Positions 63,030 to 64,000 of a stretch of DNA of 64,000 bases are shown here, in pieces; position 1 is the first letter of the stretch, and each line of letters opens with the position of its first letter. Below the pieces are notes generated by a model. That model made no database searches. It worked only from the letters and a program-made list of their open reading frames with translations, and was not told the origin of the DNA. The stretch covers positions 256,928,001 to 256,992,000 of the forward strand of contig OZ024741.1 of NCBI GenBank assembly GCA_964016885.1, in the 5' to 3' direction. The position numbers and the translations under genes are program-made. Source of the DNA: Eledone cirrhosa (lineage: Eukaryota).

Positions 63030-64000
63030 GTTTCGCTTTACGAGTGTTTCGACTTACGAGTGTTTCGACTTACGAGTGTTTCGGCTTACGAGTGTTTTGA
63101 CTTACGAGTGTTTTGACTTACATGTGTTTCGACTTACGCGTGTTTCGACTTACGAGTGTTTCGACTTGCGAGTGTTTCGACTACGAGTGTTTCGACTTAC
63201 GAATGTTTTGACTTACGGATGTTTTGACTTACGGGTGTTTCGGCTTACGAGTGTTTCGACTTACGAGTGTTCTGACTTACGAGTGTTCTGACTTACGAGT
63301 GTTCTGACTTACGAGTGTTCCGACTTACGAGTGTTTCGACTTAAGAGTGTTTCGGATTACGAGTGCTTCGACTTACGAGTGTTTCGGCTTACGAGTGTTT
63401 CGACTTACTAATGTTTTTACTTACGAGTGTTTCGGCGTACGAGTGTTTCCACTTACGAGTGTTTCGACTTACGGGTGTTTTGACTTACGGGTGTTTCGGC
63501 TTACGAGTGTTTCGACTTACGAGTGTTTTGACTTAAGGGTGTTTCGACTTACGAGTATTTTTGGCTTACGAGTGTTTCGACTTACGAGTGTTTTGACTTA
63601 CGAGTGTTCTAATTTACAGATGTTTCGACATACGAGTGTTTTGACTTACGAGTGTTTCGACTTATGAGTGTTTCGACTTACGAGTGTTTCGGCTTACGAG
63701 TGGTTTGACTTACGAGTGTTCTGACTACGAGTGTTTTGACTTACGAGTGTTTCGGCTTATGAGTGTTTCGACTTACGAGTGTTTCGGTTTACGAGTGTTT
63801 CGACTTACGAGTGTTTCGACTTACGAGTGTTTCGACTTACGAGTGATTCGACCACGAGTGTTTCGACTTACGAGTGTTTCGGCTTACGAGGGTTTCGACA
63901 TACGGGTGTTTCGACTTACGATGTTTCGGCTTACGAGTGTTTCGACTTACGAGTGTTCTGACTTACGGGTGTTTCGACTTACTGGTGTTTCGACTTAAGA

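Larger units (their letters stand above)
1..64000. repeat. Tandem satellite array, 16-bp monomer GACTTACGAGTGTTTC, with higher-order repeat structure; extends beyond both window edges
   Basis: The monomer is directly readable throughout in one orientation. Common variants are GGC for GAC, GGG for GAG, TTCT/TTCC/TTTT for TTTC and TATG for TACG. Occasional 14-, 15- and 17-bp indel monomers occur. Confidence 0.99.

Noticed and set aside
85-63998. Hundreds of + strand ORFs encoding (RLTSVSTYECFDLRVF)n
   Set aside because: These are an artefact of a stop-free 16-bp unit. Three monomers give 16 codons, so all three frames yield the same peptide. The ORFs overlap, mostly start at GTG/TTG, and end at random TGA variants. 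Frameshifting indel monomers are tolerated. The - strand is closed by TAA in each monomer.
1-64000. Telomerase-made telomeric repeat (TG-rich strand; some variants such as ggtgtacg, acggatgt and tctaactt recall long yeast telomere units)
   Set aside because: The array is at least 64 kb long, with kb-scale duplications of variant patterns and interruptions, which indicates recombinational amplification rather than templated addition. The resemblances are short and in separate rare variants. A subtelomeric location is not excluded.
1-64000. Inversions or strand switches within the array
   Set aside because: I saw no reverse-complement monomers (GAAACACTCGTAAGTC) on the + strand, and the ORF track shows no - strand ORFs, which an inverted block would produce.

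Overview
The whole 64 kb window is one head-to-tail, single-orientation tandem satellite array of roughly 3,900-4,000 monomers. The consensus is a 16-bp unit, GACTTACGAGTGTTTC (44% GC, two CpG per unit). I find no credible protein-coding gene, RNA gene, intact mobile element or CRISPR array. The ORF track is an artefact: the + strand consensus has no stop codon, while the - strand has a TAA in every monomer. Structure exists above the monomer level. (i) A 69-bp AT-rich interruption occurs 15 times, always at the same monomer position and orientation, in two haplotypes plus one intermediate. (ii) There are two alternative higher-order units of almost equal length (X, 1628 bp, with the interruption; Y, 1627 bp, without) and a ~5 kb block Z. 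(iii) Nested duplications occur at 207/208, 3442, 4899, 5629, ~11.3 kb and ~27.7-29.2 kb offsets, and in-register deletions and chimeric units record unequal exchange. This architecture is typical of eukaryotic (peri)centromeric or heterochromatic satellite DNA. The organism and function cannot be determined from the sequence. The most testable leads are a possible pogo/Tigger-transposon-end origin, a partial CENP-B-box match in the monomer, and the role of the AT-rich interruption. Offsets come from the ORF track and manual reading, so breakpoints are approximate to about 1-2 monomers.
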